Positions 37,701-48,959 of a stretch of DNA of 64,000 bases are shown in pieces. The position numbers and the translations under genes are program-made. Under the pieces are notes generated by a model that was given only the letters and a program-made list of their open reading frames with translations, was not told where the DNA came from and made no database searches. Source of the DNA: Veleropilina oligotropha (lineage: Eukaryota); contig JBEUKZ010000023.1 in NCBI GenBank assembly GCA_048128005.1, positions 372,001-436,000 on the forward strand. The letters run 5' to 3'. Numbering within the stretch: position 1 is the first letter of the stretch; every line of letters starts with the position of its first letter.

Positions 37701-40700
37701 CACCTCGGAAATCTATTGTAAATTGCAAGCTGTAACCCGTTAAAACTTTCATATCATGCTCTAGAGGGCGATATGATGGGAAATTGAGAGTCGACACTTC
37801 CATTGGCAGCTTGTCTAATACAGTATATTGTCACTCAATTTAGTCTGGCCAGCTAGGCGAGTTAACCATTTTCTGGAATGAATGGGCCCATTAACACTAG
37901 GAGGCACATAACTGAGCCCATGGTGTGTATGCATGTCTGATTAACCTTGATTTCCAGTTTGTATTTCATTTTTCGTCATCGTAATAAACCACTGTCAGTC
38001 CACATATTTAAGATGAAAATATAGTATCATTGCTGAAATATCTTACAAATATACCTCCATGTTTTGCTGAAATTCCGAATTTGGACTTGACCAAAACAGC
38101 TTCCCTGCATATTGGTTGAAGTGCTATTCAAATTTCTCAAGTTGTGTGACATATATCAGTTCTCGGCGGAGCTATATAAGTCAATGAGGCCTCTTGATTT
38201 TATTTATTATCCCCCGCAAAAAAAATTTGCGGAGGATATTAAAATGCAGACCATCCGTCTGTCCGTTCAAATTATCTTTTCCGGGGCTTATCTCATACAC
38301 CGCTTGACATAACTTTTCGAAACTTCCTGGGTGTATTAAGTACTTGGTGAACTGGTGCCTTTTGCTAGTTTCGGCTTCGTGTCGCTATTATTAATAGAGT
38401 TATTTCCCTTGTTCTAAATTCGTTAATATTATTTTTTCCGAAGCGCCATACACCGCTTGACACAACTTTAAGAAACTTGCTGGATGTATTCAGTAGTCGG
38501 TGAACTGGTGCCTTTTGCTAGTTACGACGTTGTGCGGCGATCATTAACAGAGTTATTTCCCTTGTTGTAAATTCAGGCCGCTTCGGCAGCGCAGTGGGTA
38601 GAGTGTCCACTCTAAATTCACTGGCTTGATTCCGCTAATGCGAACAGTAGTGGGTTCAATACCTGGCTGAGGCATTGAAATTTGTTCAAGTTATGAATCA
38701 CAGTTGTCCGTGACTGGCCGAAGAGGGCGGGTTTACCCGGGCGACCGGGGTTTCCTCCCGCGATAACACGGACATGTCCTGCCTTGAACCTCGATGTTGT
38801 AAATATACAGGACATTAAGCATAATTCCTCCTCCTCCTCCTCCTTGTTGTAAATTCGTTAAAATGTTCTCTTTTCCGGAGCATAGCGCATACACCGATCG
38901 ACAGAGCTTTATGAAACTTGCTTGATATATTAAGTAGTCGGTGAACTGGTGCCTTTTGCTAGTTTCGACGTTGTGTGGTGATCATAAACAGAGTTATTGC
39001 CCTTGTTGTTAATTTGTTACTGTTCTCATTTCCGAAGCGTATCTCATTAACCACTCTGCATAACTTATGCAATTTTGTGGGTGTATTAAGCAGTTGTTGA
39101 ACTTGTGCCTTCCGTTAATTTCTACGTTGTATAGCAAATATTTACAGAGTTATTGTCCTTGCTTTAATTTGTTATTCCCGACTATATCTCTTTATGTTTC
39201 TGACAGTTTCATTGTCCTCTTCATATTCAAAAGCGTTTATGTAAGAAATATCCATCTCTTCATTTTAGTGAAAAACAAAGGATTCCGGCATGGTGTGACA
39301 GGGTTTTATGGATGGTTCACGAAGATGCGTTCGAGTATCTGAACCTGTCCTCCAAGCAGCTCAGTTACCACAGTCTTTCAGAATACAAATGCAGTGACCA
39401 CAAGCCGGTTATATCAGTATTCGATATTACTGTAAGTACAATCTGTAAATACTTCGACATATACTCTTACTTTAATTGTATTATTGAAACACATAAACAT
39501 CTGAAGAGTGCAGGATAATTTAGACCAAAGTCAAGTTTGACCAATTGTTGGACAACTCAGACCATTGTTGATTATTGTATAATACATACAGTAAATACTT
39601 GTATTGCTCAAATAAGAACTAAACTACATTAAAACTTGGTTCAATCAATCCCTAAATATATACCCAAGCAACGGCGACATGATATGACAGAATATATTTT
39701 TTATGGTAAATTAGTAAAACAGTCATGGGCTGAACATAGTAATAATGAAATCAAATATTTGTGACAAGAGATATCTATAAAATTTGGTCAAAGTTTTGCT
39801 TTATACTTGGTCCAAGTTGTTCGATTTGTTCAATCGTCGGTTTGAGTTGTGTCAGGCTTGGTCCAAGTTGTTTTTGGTCACAGCATTATTTTAGACCGCC
39901 TCAGAAACACCAGGGTCAAGTTTATCCGAACAAATGAGATTTCTGACACTTCAAAGCACTCAAATCGCAATACATTATGGGTCATAGTCATCTGATACGA
40001 ACCAGAAAATTGATTGGCCCACAAACTGACCAGAAGTGGTCTCATGGACATCTCAACTCTAAACCGCACAGCATTAGGTTCAAGTTTTATTTTGTGATAC
40101 ACACCAGGTATAACATCTAATCGAAAATCGAAATATCATCTGTCGCATATAATCGAAAATGAAAATTGTTTGAAGTTACCGACAATTACCCGAGTTGTCT
40201 TAATCGGATTAATTTACCAATCAGAGTTACTGGGAAGCTGTTTGAGTTGCATGAAAGTAAGAAACATCACTTTTCTTTATACACGAATTATAATGATAGA
40301 TGCTCAATAAATTATTAAATTTTTCTCATCAATTGCAAGGATTTCTTTATAAATTAAGCCAAAATTTGCAACGATAAAATGTTTATCCTTAATAAGCAAA
40401 TCTTCCCTTTGCACTTCGAATGACGTGATTTCCAAACTTAATTCCCACCGAGTGTAAGGTATCATCTGACAGCGAGCTGTTTTGGTCATCGACAACAGAG
40501 ATGAACATTTAATTCTTTTTTGCTACAAATTTTCGACATATATATGTGCAGCAACTTTATACTTTATACCAAATTTATCCACACAGCTGTGCACAATTCA
40601 TATCTTTATTGGTGATGATATATTTCCATTAGGCCAAAAAAAAATCCTTTGCTTCCTGTTACATGGTCATAAAAATTATTGTAGGTAGGTAGGTAAATAT

Positions 40701-43700
40701 TTTTAATTTTGGAATAGTTTTTTCATATATCATTATATGTATCGATTTTTCCCAAAATTAAACAACCAACTGAAGAAAAATCCATGTCATATGGTAATAT
40801 GTGGCTATTAATCCTATTTTATAGACATGTCACACATCACAAAGCCTTCCAGAGAGAAAATAGGATGGTCAGGGGCGAGACGGATTTAAAAAAAAGTAAA
40901 TCACTGATAAAAAGTTTAGGGTAGGGCCGAAAATTTAGGTAGGGTAGGGTAACAGGAACCAAGACATATTTTTTTGGCCTTAGTGTTTTTACCTTTTATG
41001 AAATAATAAACGTGCCATGCACGAAAGACCATTCCGTCTTCAGAGAAGATTATTAAATTAGATTACGGACTTTTATGAATTTGTAAATATGGTGTCGTAA
41101 ATTTAGTCAATATATTAAGTTAATATTGCCATTTAAAGAGTTAACCATTGCATAAAGTCATTGCATATTTGTTGATATGTATGTACATTATGTTTGCGTA
41201 TTATAAAGATACTTTTATTCATTAATTTAAAAGTAGTTAGCATTTTTATTTCGTAAGTTCGTTTTGTACATTGGAGCCTTGTTGAATTAGTTAACCACTA
41301 AGCTCAGCAGTAATTGAAGCAGAACCAAGAACTATCAGTAGCATCTAATAAAAAAACGCATGATTGATTTCACCTTGAATCGATTCGATTTTCGATTAGA
41401 TGCTATTAAACCACACACCATGGGGAAAATTATGTGAACAATAGGCCTCCTAGTGTTAATTGACACATTGTTTTCAGACAATAGTTAACTCGGCTAGCCG
41501 GCCTGACTAAATTGAGTGACAATAGATTTGACAGCTTCCCAATGAAAGAGATGGTCGACTCTCAATTGCCCCCATATCGTCTTCTAGATCATGATATGAA
41601 TGTTTCAAGGGCGGATCCAGGAATTTTCAAAGGGGGGGTCCAACATTGATAAAAAGGGCATATTATCAACTGTTCGCGTGGGGGGCGGGGCCCCACGCGA
41701 AAGAATTTTTTTACAACTAACTGTGTTAAACCCCCTCTCCTGCATTCTAAGAGTGGAAACTCTATATTTCTACCAACATCTATGAACCATTTTCACCAAG
41801 TTTAATGAGAAAATTTTCGTATTGGTAAAATACAGTAGGCATACTATCAAATGTCGGGACGGGAACTGCGGATTATAATTTGATGTCATTCGCCGTGCTT
41901 ATAACTTGTGGAGTCTTTGAGGGTGCCAGACGAAGAGGATATCCGGCCATGCGAACGAATGATAAAGGACCGCAGCGCCTGGAGACTGCCGTATCTTTTG
42001 GGAGCGAAGAGACCGAATACTCCTATGGGATAATGGGATAAGTGTGGCCGCGCCGATAGTAGTCTTGGTCCAGCGCCGGTGTTCCGATCCAAACGACCTA
42101 CCTTGAGAGAAGCGACCTAATTGCTATACTTTATCATACAGAGCGGTGCGCACTCAGCCGTGGCCGTAATGCGCCTTAGGTAATCACTCTCGAAAATACC
42201 ACAAATTGAAACTTCTTTTTAGTATTGTTATAATGAACCAATACCGTGAAAAATTATATTAAATGAAAGATGGTAAAGAGACAATTATCGAATGAAAATG
42301 ATCAAAACATATAATGATATTTAATAACACAATTTTGAAAAGGGCACTTGGAAAATTAAGGGGGGGACGGGACCCCCCCGTCCCCCCCCCCCCTGGATCC
42401 GCCCTTGTGTTTTAAGGGGTTACAGCTTGCAATTTACAATAGATTTCCGCAGTGTGTATAACAGATAATACAGCTGCCACTCCTCGGCGTTATAACATAA
42501 CAGCCTCGTTCTGACTCTGTCTGTTATGTGAATGATAACACTCGAGCTGGCAGTGTATTATCTATTACATAACTTATAAAGCATTTCTGAGTTAATTATT
42601 GTATTTATTCATGGCACATGTCAGAGAGACTTCAGATAAAGAGCTACAGTGATTTCACTTCGTTTGCTATATTGTTCATTCTGCAGACGTTTGGTGACTC
42701 TCAACCTAGACCTGTGCAATTCCAACATGTTGAAGATGCAAAGAGCGGAGAAAATATCGCAGTTACATATACCATAGAAAATGGCACAGACCTTTCCTCA
42801 TGGGATTGGATAGGACTCTTCAAGGTAACATATTTGTGCCAAGATAGAGACTTAAAATTTACCTGTGCCAAGTCTATTTACAGAATGCTTTTCATTTGTT
42901 TGAGTAAGATTTGCTCTTTTAAAAATGTATCTCTTCAAAAGCTGTTATTACCCTTTGATTGTATCAATTTCTACATGTATTTGGTGATCCTGTTCTATTT
43001 ATATTACAAAGTAAAAAGGTGAGAGTTTTCATTTAGGGTCTCGTTCCTCATTCCTCTTCACACGACTTTACAATTACCTTCCTTGTTGTGGTCCTTTTTC
43101 AACACCCCTGAAAACGTGGATAGTGCAGTGATTTACATGACTGCCAACCAGTTCCCAATTTAGATCGGCTGGGTGATCCGAGGCAAATATATACTTTCCT
43201 TGCCCAATTGAAATTGATGAAACTCAACCATGCTTGCATCTGTGTCATAATATTTCTCATTTTTCATGTATTTTCCAGTCCAGTTTCAGTCATGTCGACG
43301 ACTATGAGACGTATCACTGGGCGGCCGGATTACTCTTTGCCACTATCGAATTTGATTCCAAGTACTTGAAGCTTCCATGTGGAAGCTACATGTTCATGTA
43401 TGTCAGTCTGTACAAAAACGCCATATTAGGAATCAGCAATGAATTTCAGGTAGGTCATATTTACAGTATTTGTAAAAATAATTAGTAGTTACATTTAAGA
43501 GTATCTTTGGTCATTTTTGTGGCCATCGGCTGTCTAACATTTAATATTTAAACTTGAAGAATGATAATAATATATCCACCATCTTACCCTTGTCCCGAAT
43601 GAGCAAACAGAAGCTACAATTCATGGGAGACATTATTGTTTCAATATTCCGATCATATCCCATGCTACGAAGTATCTAGGGGTATGTAGCGAGCGTGTCA

Positions 43701-46700
43701 TTCGTCTGTCCATCCTTGCGATTTTGTCCACAACATATCTCCAAAACTAGCTTTTCTTTATGTTCTTATGTACAGTATACATACGGTGTATACCAACCCA
43801 GACAATGGGTTAACTCGATTAACAAGTTGTGTTTTAAGGGGTGACAGCTTGCAATTTACAATAGATTTCTTCATAGTGTATAAAGGATAATACAGCTGCA
43901 CCCCTTGGCAGTACTTTTCTCGGTGGCCCAACTGGTTAGGGCATCGGAAAAACGTTAAGTGTGACGGTAGGATGTGGGTTAAACCCAGCCCTGGCCTGGC
44001 TTATTCTAAGGCTTAAAACTAATAGATGGCATATCCCTAATGTATGTCGGTCAGATCGGAGTGAGACCTTAAACCGGGTGTCCCGACCGCGATAAGGCTG
44101 AAATTTTTTCAAAAAAGGGTCGTTAAACAAATCTACCTACCTTCCACCCCATGGCAATATTCACATAAAATGCCTCGCTTTCGCTCGGCCTGTTCTGTGC
44201 ATATATCGCTCTGGCTGGCAGTGCATTATCTATTACGTACTATTGAGTACTCATGGGAATACTAATTTGACTATGACCTAGATGGCTGATAATCACGCTA
44301 TGTTGCAAAGTTTGTATAAGAACAGTTTGCTCATAATAATGTTCTGGTATACGGTATACATATAGTGTATATATAGTATGTTGTTGATATTGGTTTTATC
44401 TGCATCAACAGTATAGATTTGATCATCAAAAGGTGTCAGCATCCTTATCCCCTTAATGGAGACAGATAAATATATTATAGTAACTATTGGGGTGATAATG
44501 GTCGTGTCATGGTTGGCCGAGCTCCAGGGATATGTTCTCCTGTGCATCTTGATTATGTTGAGGGGAATGTCCAAGGAACTCTCCATTCCTTAAAGAGAAT
44601 GGAAGAGCCGAGTCACATTCTTTTTAAGGAATTGGAGAGTTGCAAAGACATTCCACAACTTAAAACACAGCCAAAACCCCATTATGCGCCCTTTCAAGAT
44701 ACAAGAGGTTGTTAACAATGACGAGGAGCATAATTATTTTGTGTCATTTGCACCTTCACGGATAATTCATGTAAAATCTGACCCGAAATGAACGATTCAC
44801 ATGGGTTGTACCATCACAGTGGTCAATTAACCACTAATATTGAAGCCATCTGTTCCATTTTAACACGTTTTGATCAGTTGAAACACAGACAGCATTGCGT
44901 TCGGATGTGGAAATGTCGCTTATGGATTTACTATTAGGACTTCGAACAGGAGTTTATAAGCCATACGTGGGATTGTTTAATACGTGAAACAAATTATTGC
45001 AACAGTCCGATGGAAATATACAAATTATGCGTTATCAAAATTAACAAAGATGTCAATTCAGCTGGATTTTAACAATCTGGAGTTACATATTACCGTTAAC
45101 GGGATGGTATTTCACCTTCTGTTCGCAATAAGAAGCATTTATCTAAGTGAATGTTTAACAGAGATATCATTTCAGCTGGATGTCAGCATTCTGGAATTAC
45201 TTGACGGCATGGTATTTCATCCTCTGCTTGTACCACGTGTTTATGACGATACCATTACTTTGGAATTCTATTAAATGTGCATTTCGTAGCAGATGTTTAA
45301 TGGAAAAGTGACCATCTAGTTATTTCAGCTGGATTTAACGCAATTTAGCATTCTGGATTCACTGCACGGAATTGATATTTGGAGTGGATTGTATAGAGGC
45401 AGCCCTTGATAGCGATTAGGCATACTGACGATTACGTAACTGCTGTCCAGTGATGTCTCTATACAACTCGCCCCAGATTTCACACCCTATTGTTCACCTA
45501 ACAAAGGAAATATAACATTCCATTCCTGAAAATTAATGGAGAGTTTAAACAAAAGAAAAACATGGCGGGTGTGTTTTAATTATGAATCTATAGATACTAA
45601 GGTTCATATGCTCGAAAGCAGTTTAACTTAGACTGGGTTTGGGGGGGGCAAACCTGGACCAATTGTCTAAATAACCGGTATGACAGAAACACAGTTTACG
45701 AACACCGATGGTTTAAACCACGTTATGTGTAACAGACTTTACAGCAATGCCGGAACTATGCCCATTCCTAATTTTTCAAAAAAATCGCTAGCCAGTGCTA
45801 TAAATAGGCTGTGCGTTCTATATATCACAATGAGCCTTACTTAGATATTGCCGATGGTGATGACGACGGTTAAGTAGTAGAAGCGGATGGGCAAGCTGAA
45901 GGCAATATTCAGCAAGGCAATAATAGATGGTTTGTAATATATAGAGGTACTTTAATTAATTGTGTGGTGTGTGCATTTTTATTTTATGAAAGACGTTACA
46001 TTTTTTCTTATTATGAAGGGTAAACTTTAATGACGTAAAGGAGTTTACGATATTTTTCATAAGATAAAAGAACTACCGTTAATGAGCAAATTCCCAAAAT
46101 ATCATTAGGCTTAGTTGTTCACCAGTCATTTCACAGTAATTGAATCGCAATTGGCGGTACACATCAAAATTGGTAATTAAATAGCGTTCCTCGTCAGTAT
46201 TATGGTATGCCCCACTCTCTTGTGCACGGAGTTCATCAACGCATTGATCTTCACTTCAAACAATCAAATCTTAATTGATGGAGAGTGGCGGGAGTGGGAA
46301 GGGGTTGGGGGAATGCCGACCCCGGGCCTGACAGAAGAGGTACAGTTCGTCCCATAAATGTTAAATTACGGAAATTACATTATATAGGTTAAATGGTGTG
46401 GTTAGCCAGAAAGTCTCAATGAACTCGTCTACATGGGCTCGTGATAATTTTGCTGTAAAATCATTTGACGTTGTTGCACAATGCGGATTACGACATGCCG
46501 GGATGTCATCCTTGTTCCTTACTGTTGTTAAATTGCCCGATACCTCCACGAAAGGCTTTTTACTCCACGAGAGATTCCTCTCTAGACCATAATGGACCCA
46601 TCCCTTACCTATTACTCTCAAAATAATGCAAACGTCGTCAAAACAGTATCCACGATGCCTGCATGTGCGACATCGAGAGCAAACCGTGAGTCATCTGTGA

Positions 46701-47436
46701 AAAGGAAATGTCTCCACTGCCTCATATCATTGAAAATCTTCTGGGTGCATGTGCCACCAGCCAAATCCCACGACTCGCGCAACGTTGAGGAGTGAGGGAA
46801 TGATCATCATAAGGACGACGTGCCCTCAAATAGTATTCTAACCGAGTTTCATTATATTTACCGGGAATCGGCTATAAAAAAATTGCATTTTATGTTAACC
46901 TGCATTTATTTATCTCTTTTATATATATATATGTATATTTTATTCCTTTTTGTTCTTGGATCTCATTAAAAAATAATTTCATTATAATGTCTCTGTTAAA
47001 CTACACGTTAAACTACCCCCCTTGCAGGTCTACCTAAGCTGCCCTTTGGAACCAGATTTAGAGTGGGTTTTAAGCTAAATTGGTTTCGATCATACGACAT
47101 CTGATCTACCACTCGATTTAGACCCAGTTTGGTCTGAATCCAGGTTTAAACCTGCTTCGATCATACGGACCTAACAGTTCTAGTCCAATTTTCCTAAACG
47201 TGTTGTCCGTATGGTTGGATTATGGGAATCTTTCGCAGATACATCATTTCGACGCCACTCAGCATCCGTTTATTGGATAAAGAAGTTAAACCATCGTCAC
47301 AACTACAATTCAAATTCAAACCAAATTCGTGTGTTGCAGAAAATTAAAGTAATCATTATTTACAATTTAATCAAGTATTCCAACGGAATTGTATCTGATG
47401 GAGGTATTTATTCTGTATTTTCAGATTAGGTCTTGA
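10784..47436 (+). CDS. INPP5K: Inositol polyphosphate 5-phosphatase J/K-like (5-phosphatase catalytic domain plus C-terminal SKICH domain), ~407 aa
   Basis: Phase-compatible GT-AG exons: [10784-10833 putative first exon [17 protein letters not shown]], 19008-19112 ([13 protein letters not shown]...DVYGIG), 19958-20027 (LQEAGSDW...), 21980-22096 (IRARSMG...TRTGFGGFM), 35206-35313 ([10 protein letters not shown]...NCHLAAH), 35922-35989, 36798-36909 ([13 protein letters not shown]), 37467-37576 ([13 protein letters not shown]), 39269-39431 ([11 protein letters not shown]...SDHKPV), 42687-42824 ([15 protein letters not shown]), 43279-43449 (...ILGISNEFQ), [47425-47436 putative last exon IRS*]. 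All hallmark 5-phosphatase motifs are present. The first and last exons are less certain, and J versus K orthology cannot be resolved here. Confidence 0.88.
11016..15970 (+). mobile_element. Mutator-like (MULE, Phantom-like) DNA transposon, apparently autonomous
   Basis: Termini GGAAGCTAGAGGTTTCGCCCCAAT ... ATTGGGGCGAAACCTCTGTAAACC, four TTCGCCCC motifs at each end in inverted orientation, perfect 8-bp TSD TTTAAAGG (11008-11015, 15971-15978). Encodes a spliced MULE transposase. Confidence 0.9.
11543..14891 (+). CDS. MULE transposase with N-terminal PHD-like finger and FLYWCH-type zinc finger; 9 exons, 630 aa
   Basis: Exons 11543-11645, 11922-12255, 12403-12535, 12724-12888, 13052-13231, 13386-13655, 13881-13950, 14063-14416, 14608-14891. 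All are GT-AG, phases match, and there is no internal stop. PHD: CIFC...[14 protein letters not shown]...[26 protein letters not shown]...YWICS...C...HEH. Catalytic core: [31 protein letters not shown]. Confidence 0.9.
16171..17154 (+). CDS. Merlin/ISXO2-like DDE transposase (327 aa, intronless)
   Basis: N-terminal CPNC...WVCRRC...SVREGSFF zinc ribbon, [51 protein letters not shown]. Lies inside the Merlin TIRs. Confidence 0.9.
   Translation: MTVSSNMAGRPAAPTVIIDPINIIAVNVRNDVYNFSTLLPEIDTTASCLRWLASRRLIMNCFECPNCQQMASFSVHNGSVDGRRWVCRRCNVHKSVREGSFFSNSHLTLKQIIILVYCWAHDMPQFMMEHESEIGSKTTVVDWCNFIREECQVWLNNNSDEIGGMDNQGDPIVVEIDETKYFHRKYHRGQWRDGHWVFDSGKCFLLEVPDRSARTLEALILEYILPGSHIVSDGWASYANIPALNHGIYTHSVVVHQQNFVDPNDADTHTQNIENMWMRAKRKLKQQFGTSRALFPSYLHEFVFRARFKDQDIFAVFLQTVADNYPM
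17859..18126 (+). mobile_element. tRNA-derived SINE (family A, V-domain-like centre)
   Basis: GGCCGCTTCGGC.ACGCAGTGGGTA (A-box-like), GGGTTCAATACC (B-box-like), GGGTTTACCCGGGCGACCGGGGTTTCCTCC centre, (CCT)n-type tail, TSD GCTACCTAGAA. Near-identical copies elsewhere in the window. Confidence 0.85.
20531..22000 (+). repeat. 40-bp minisatellite (~37 units) whose unit is the INPP5K exon-4 splice acceptor plus the first codons of the exon
   Basis: Unit TTATCACTTRTGTATTTCAG|ATTCGAGCTCGGTCCATGAG. The last unit runs directly into the real exon at 21980 (ATA CGA GCT CGG TCT ATG GGA). Confidence 0.95.
22520..22704 (-). mobile_element. 3'-truncated SINE family A copy
   Basis: Reverse complement of the SINE 5' ~185 bp; the tail is missing. 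Flanked by a 42-bp direct duplication. Confidence 0.85.
23270..26460 (+). mobile_element. Helentron-associated non-autonomous element (HINE) with a central 158-bp tandem array
   Basis: 5' T-run then GGCCCGCCTT subTIR, a (CGTC/GTCC)n microsatellite, the tandem array, a 3' inverted subTIR AAGGCGGGCC, a short hairpin GAGGATCGTACCTC and a TAGT end. No obvious TSD. Confidence 0.8.
23379..26375. repeat. 158-bp satellite array, ~19 highly similar units
   Basis: The period is visible directly (GGTCAAAGGTCAAGGTCA motif in each unit) and from the 67-aa ORF repeating every 158 bp. Confidence 0.95.
26912..30602 (-). pseudogene. Academ transposase / XPG-like nuclease / Cys-rich polyprotein, frameshifted and internally deleted
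   Basis: Pieces 30378-30602, 28312-30171 ([48 protein letters not shown]), ~28095-28310 (ILDGCAVLW) and 26912-27925 ([47 protein letters not shown]...C....CSC....LSC..FC.C). Several frameshifts separate them. Confidence 0.82.
31630..31810 (+). mobile_element. Possible Penelope-like element N-terminal fragment
   Basis: F..KW..LL..CS.DL..ILLEY pattern resembles the region upstream of the RT in Penelope-like ORFs. Short and isolated. Confidence 0.3.
32010..34950 (+). mobile_element. Nested HINE cluster (second family, ~157-bp internal repeats); inner copy 33436-34364
   Basis: Head TTATCCCCCGCAA...GGGATATTAAAATGCAGACCGTCCATCCGT, ~157-bp degenerate repeats (GAACTGGTGCCTTTTGCTAGTTT at 33574, 33731, 33888), and tail TTGCGGGGGATATTGA..GC...TCTTCTTGTT present twice (34364 and 34950). 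Confidence 0.75.
32106..33426 (+). mobile_element. Kolobok-like DNA transposon remnant
   Basis: TTAA|AGG...CCT|TTAA boundaries. Internal ORF 32795-33166 contains [21 protein letters not shown], resembling the C-terminal catalytic-Glu region of Kolobok-type DDE transposases. Confidence 0.55.
36582..36750. repeat. ~170-bp imperfect palindrome (hairpin MITE)
   Basis: TTCTGGCACATCGGAAACCTC..GTGACGT.GTAGTTTTTGCG.CGGAT.AATCGC..GAAC-ttc-GTTC..GCGATT.ATCCG.CGCAAAAACTAC.ACGTCAC..GAGGTTTCCGATGTGCCAGAA, with outer ends ATGTTATCAGT...ACTGATAACAT. Confidence 0.85.
38205..39190 (+). mobile_element. HINE copy (157-bp family) interrupted by a SINE
   Basis: Same TTATCCCCCGCAA head and internal repeats as 33436-34364. 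Confidence 0.75.
38576..38842 (+). mobile_element. tRNA-derived SINE family A, full length
   Basis: Full head, centre and (CCT)n tail; ~15-bp TSD CCTTGTTGTAAATTC. Confidence 0.88.
40632..40979. mobile_element. MITE with GGCCAAAAAAA termini and 3-bp TTA TSD (Zator-like)
   Basis: GGCCAAAAAAAAAT...TTCCTGTTAC at the left end and GTAACAGGAA...ATTTTTTTGGCC at the right end, flanked by TTA on both sides. Confidence 0.65.
41606..42407. mobile_element. Non-autonomous DNA transposon, TIR CAAGGGCGGATCCAGG, 5-bp TSD TGTTT (hAT-like)
   Basis: 16-bp perfect TIRs. The element splits another repeat. Related fragments lie at ~395-675 (GCGTGGGGCCCCG..., CCTGGATCCGCGCCTG). Confidence 0.75.
43915..44142 (+). 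mobile_element. Second tRNA-derived SINE family (B)
   Basis: GGTGGCCCAACTGGTTAGGGCATCGG (A-box-like), GTGGGTTAAACCC (B-box-like), and a CGTTAAACAAAT(CTAC)n tail. Inserted inside another repeat. Confidence 0.55.
45601..47171. mobile_element. Possible PIF/Harbinger-like non-autonomous element
   Basis: Degenerate TIRs GGTTCATATGCTCGAAAGCAGTTTAA ... TTAAACCTGCTTCGATCATACGGACC with TAA on both flanks. Confidence 0.45.
46330..46850 (-). pseudogene. Tc1-type transposase remnant
   Basis: Broken frames give [24 protein letters not shown] and RAHV, matching the Tc1 WRRVLFTDESRF / GNLTA.RYRDEI / QQDNARPH motifs. Confidence 0.65.
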
Positions 47437-47898
47437 TTTTCTGCGGAATTCCGTTTTTGTGAGTAGTGGCTATATAGAATTGATTTTTATGCATATGTGG
47501 TACCACATGTGCTGCATAAATTTTTATTTTTCTAAAATATTTTGCTAATGTGTTATACTGCATTTGCTTTTTACAAACTTTTGAATTTATTACAGACTTC
47601 AAAAGACGTTGTTGTTGGTTTACTTTAGAACATGTTTTGAAATGTTTTTCTGCATTTCGACTACAAAGATACTACTACATACATGTATCTGTGTAGTGAA
47701 ACGTAACAAACTTTTCAAAAACGTCTTATAAAGGCAGTAGATAATTTTAACATTGTATATTAAATACACTTGTTGTTGGAATGTAGAAGAAAATTAGAAT
47801 CATATGTATTTATGTTGATTTGATATATATACAATTTGGTAGACTTTTTAGAATTAAATAGTACATGTACCAATTTTGTGCTTTCTCATTGTCCCGAG

Positions 47899-48161
47899 GG
47901 CCGCTTCGGTAGCGCAGTGGGTAGAGTGTCCACTCTAAATTCACTGGCTTGTTTCCGCTGACGCGAACAGTAGTGGGATCGACCCCCAGCCGAGGCAGCA
48001 CACATTTGTTCAAGTTATGAAGCACAGTTGTCCGTGACTGGTCGAAGAGGGCGGGTTTACCCGGCGACCGGGGTTTCCTCCCGCGATAACACGGACATGT
48101 CCTGCCTTGAACCTCGATATTATAAATATACAGGACATTAAGCATAATTCCTCCTCCTCCT
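47899..48161 (+). mobile_element. tRNA-derived SINE family A, full length
   Basis: Same head, centre and tail as 38576; TSD-like TCATTGTCC. Confidence 0.85.
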
Positions 48162-48479
48162 CATCATTGTCCGTACGCCATCAATTATTTCTTAGTTGAG
48201 GTTGTCAGGTACATGCCATGGATTACTGCTTTTCAGTTGGAGTTGACTGTTTTCAACCAAGCAATGTGTTCATGGTCACAGAGCTTCATAATATTTTTCA
48301 ATTATAATCCCCTGTTTAACGAAGTTGGCTGGGCTCTGTTCTTTTGACTCTTCGTTTCCATACCTGACCTCTAAAACTATGTGAGATATATTCACGAAAC
48401 TTCGTACATATTTATCTCTTTTACAGTAGGTTTTTTTCGAAAAAAATACAATACTGTAAAATATTATGTTACCGCACAT

Positions 48480-48959
48480 TATTAGCTCTGCTGTGACGTA
48501 ATCAGCGAAGCTTTTCTGATACCACTTTGTCCGGCGTCTTCCGGCATCAACTTTTGACTTGAAAAACTTAAGATATCTTTTTTCTTATTTGGCATATGCC
48601 TTCCTTATGATGTTCTGAATGGATTCTGAAAATATTAGGAAATTCTATATCGTGGGTTTTCTGAAATTTACCTTTTTGGACTTAGAAAATCTGCTTCTGT
48701 GGTAACTTTTGAGTTCAAATTTGGATATCTCTGAAACTGTCTGATAATGGGCATGAGCCTTCCTTATGATGTTCTAAACATATCTTGCAAAAATTAGAAA
48801 AATGTACGTTTCGGTTTTTCTAAATTTACATTTTTGGACTTAGAAAATCCTGCATATTGGTATGCTGATATGGAAGTGCTGCCCAAATATCCAAAGTTGT
48901 TTGACTATATTGATGCATCCCTATTCAGCGGAGCTATATAGATTGAAAGGCCTCTTGTT
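48480..48959 (+). mobile_element. HINE-like element (third family)
   Basis: TTAGCTCTGCTG...CAGCGAAGCT head, two internal ~160-bp repeats, and a CAGCGGAGCTA...AGGCCTCTTGTT tail. Confidence 0.55.

Noticed and set aside
38576..38670. tRNA gene
   Set aside because: The A/B-box-like head continues into a SINE body and tail with TSDs, is repeated many times, and I cannot fold a cloverleaf.
44290..44715. Host exon or gene in INPP5K intron 11
   Set aside because: Short broken frames on both strands with no motif I can name; at most an old retroelement scrap.
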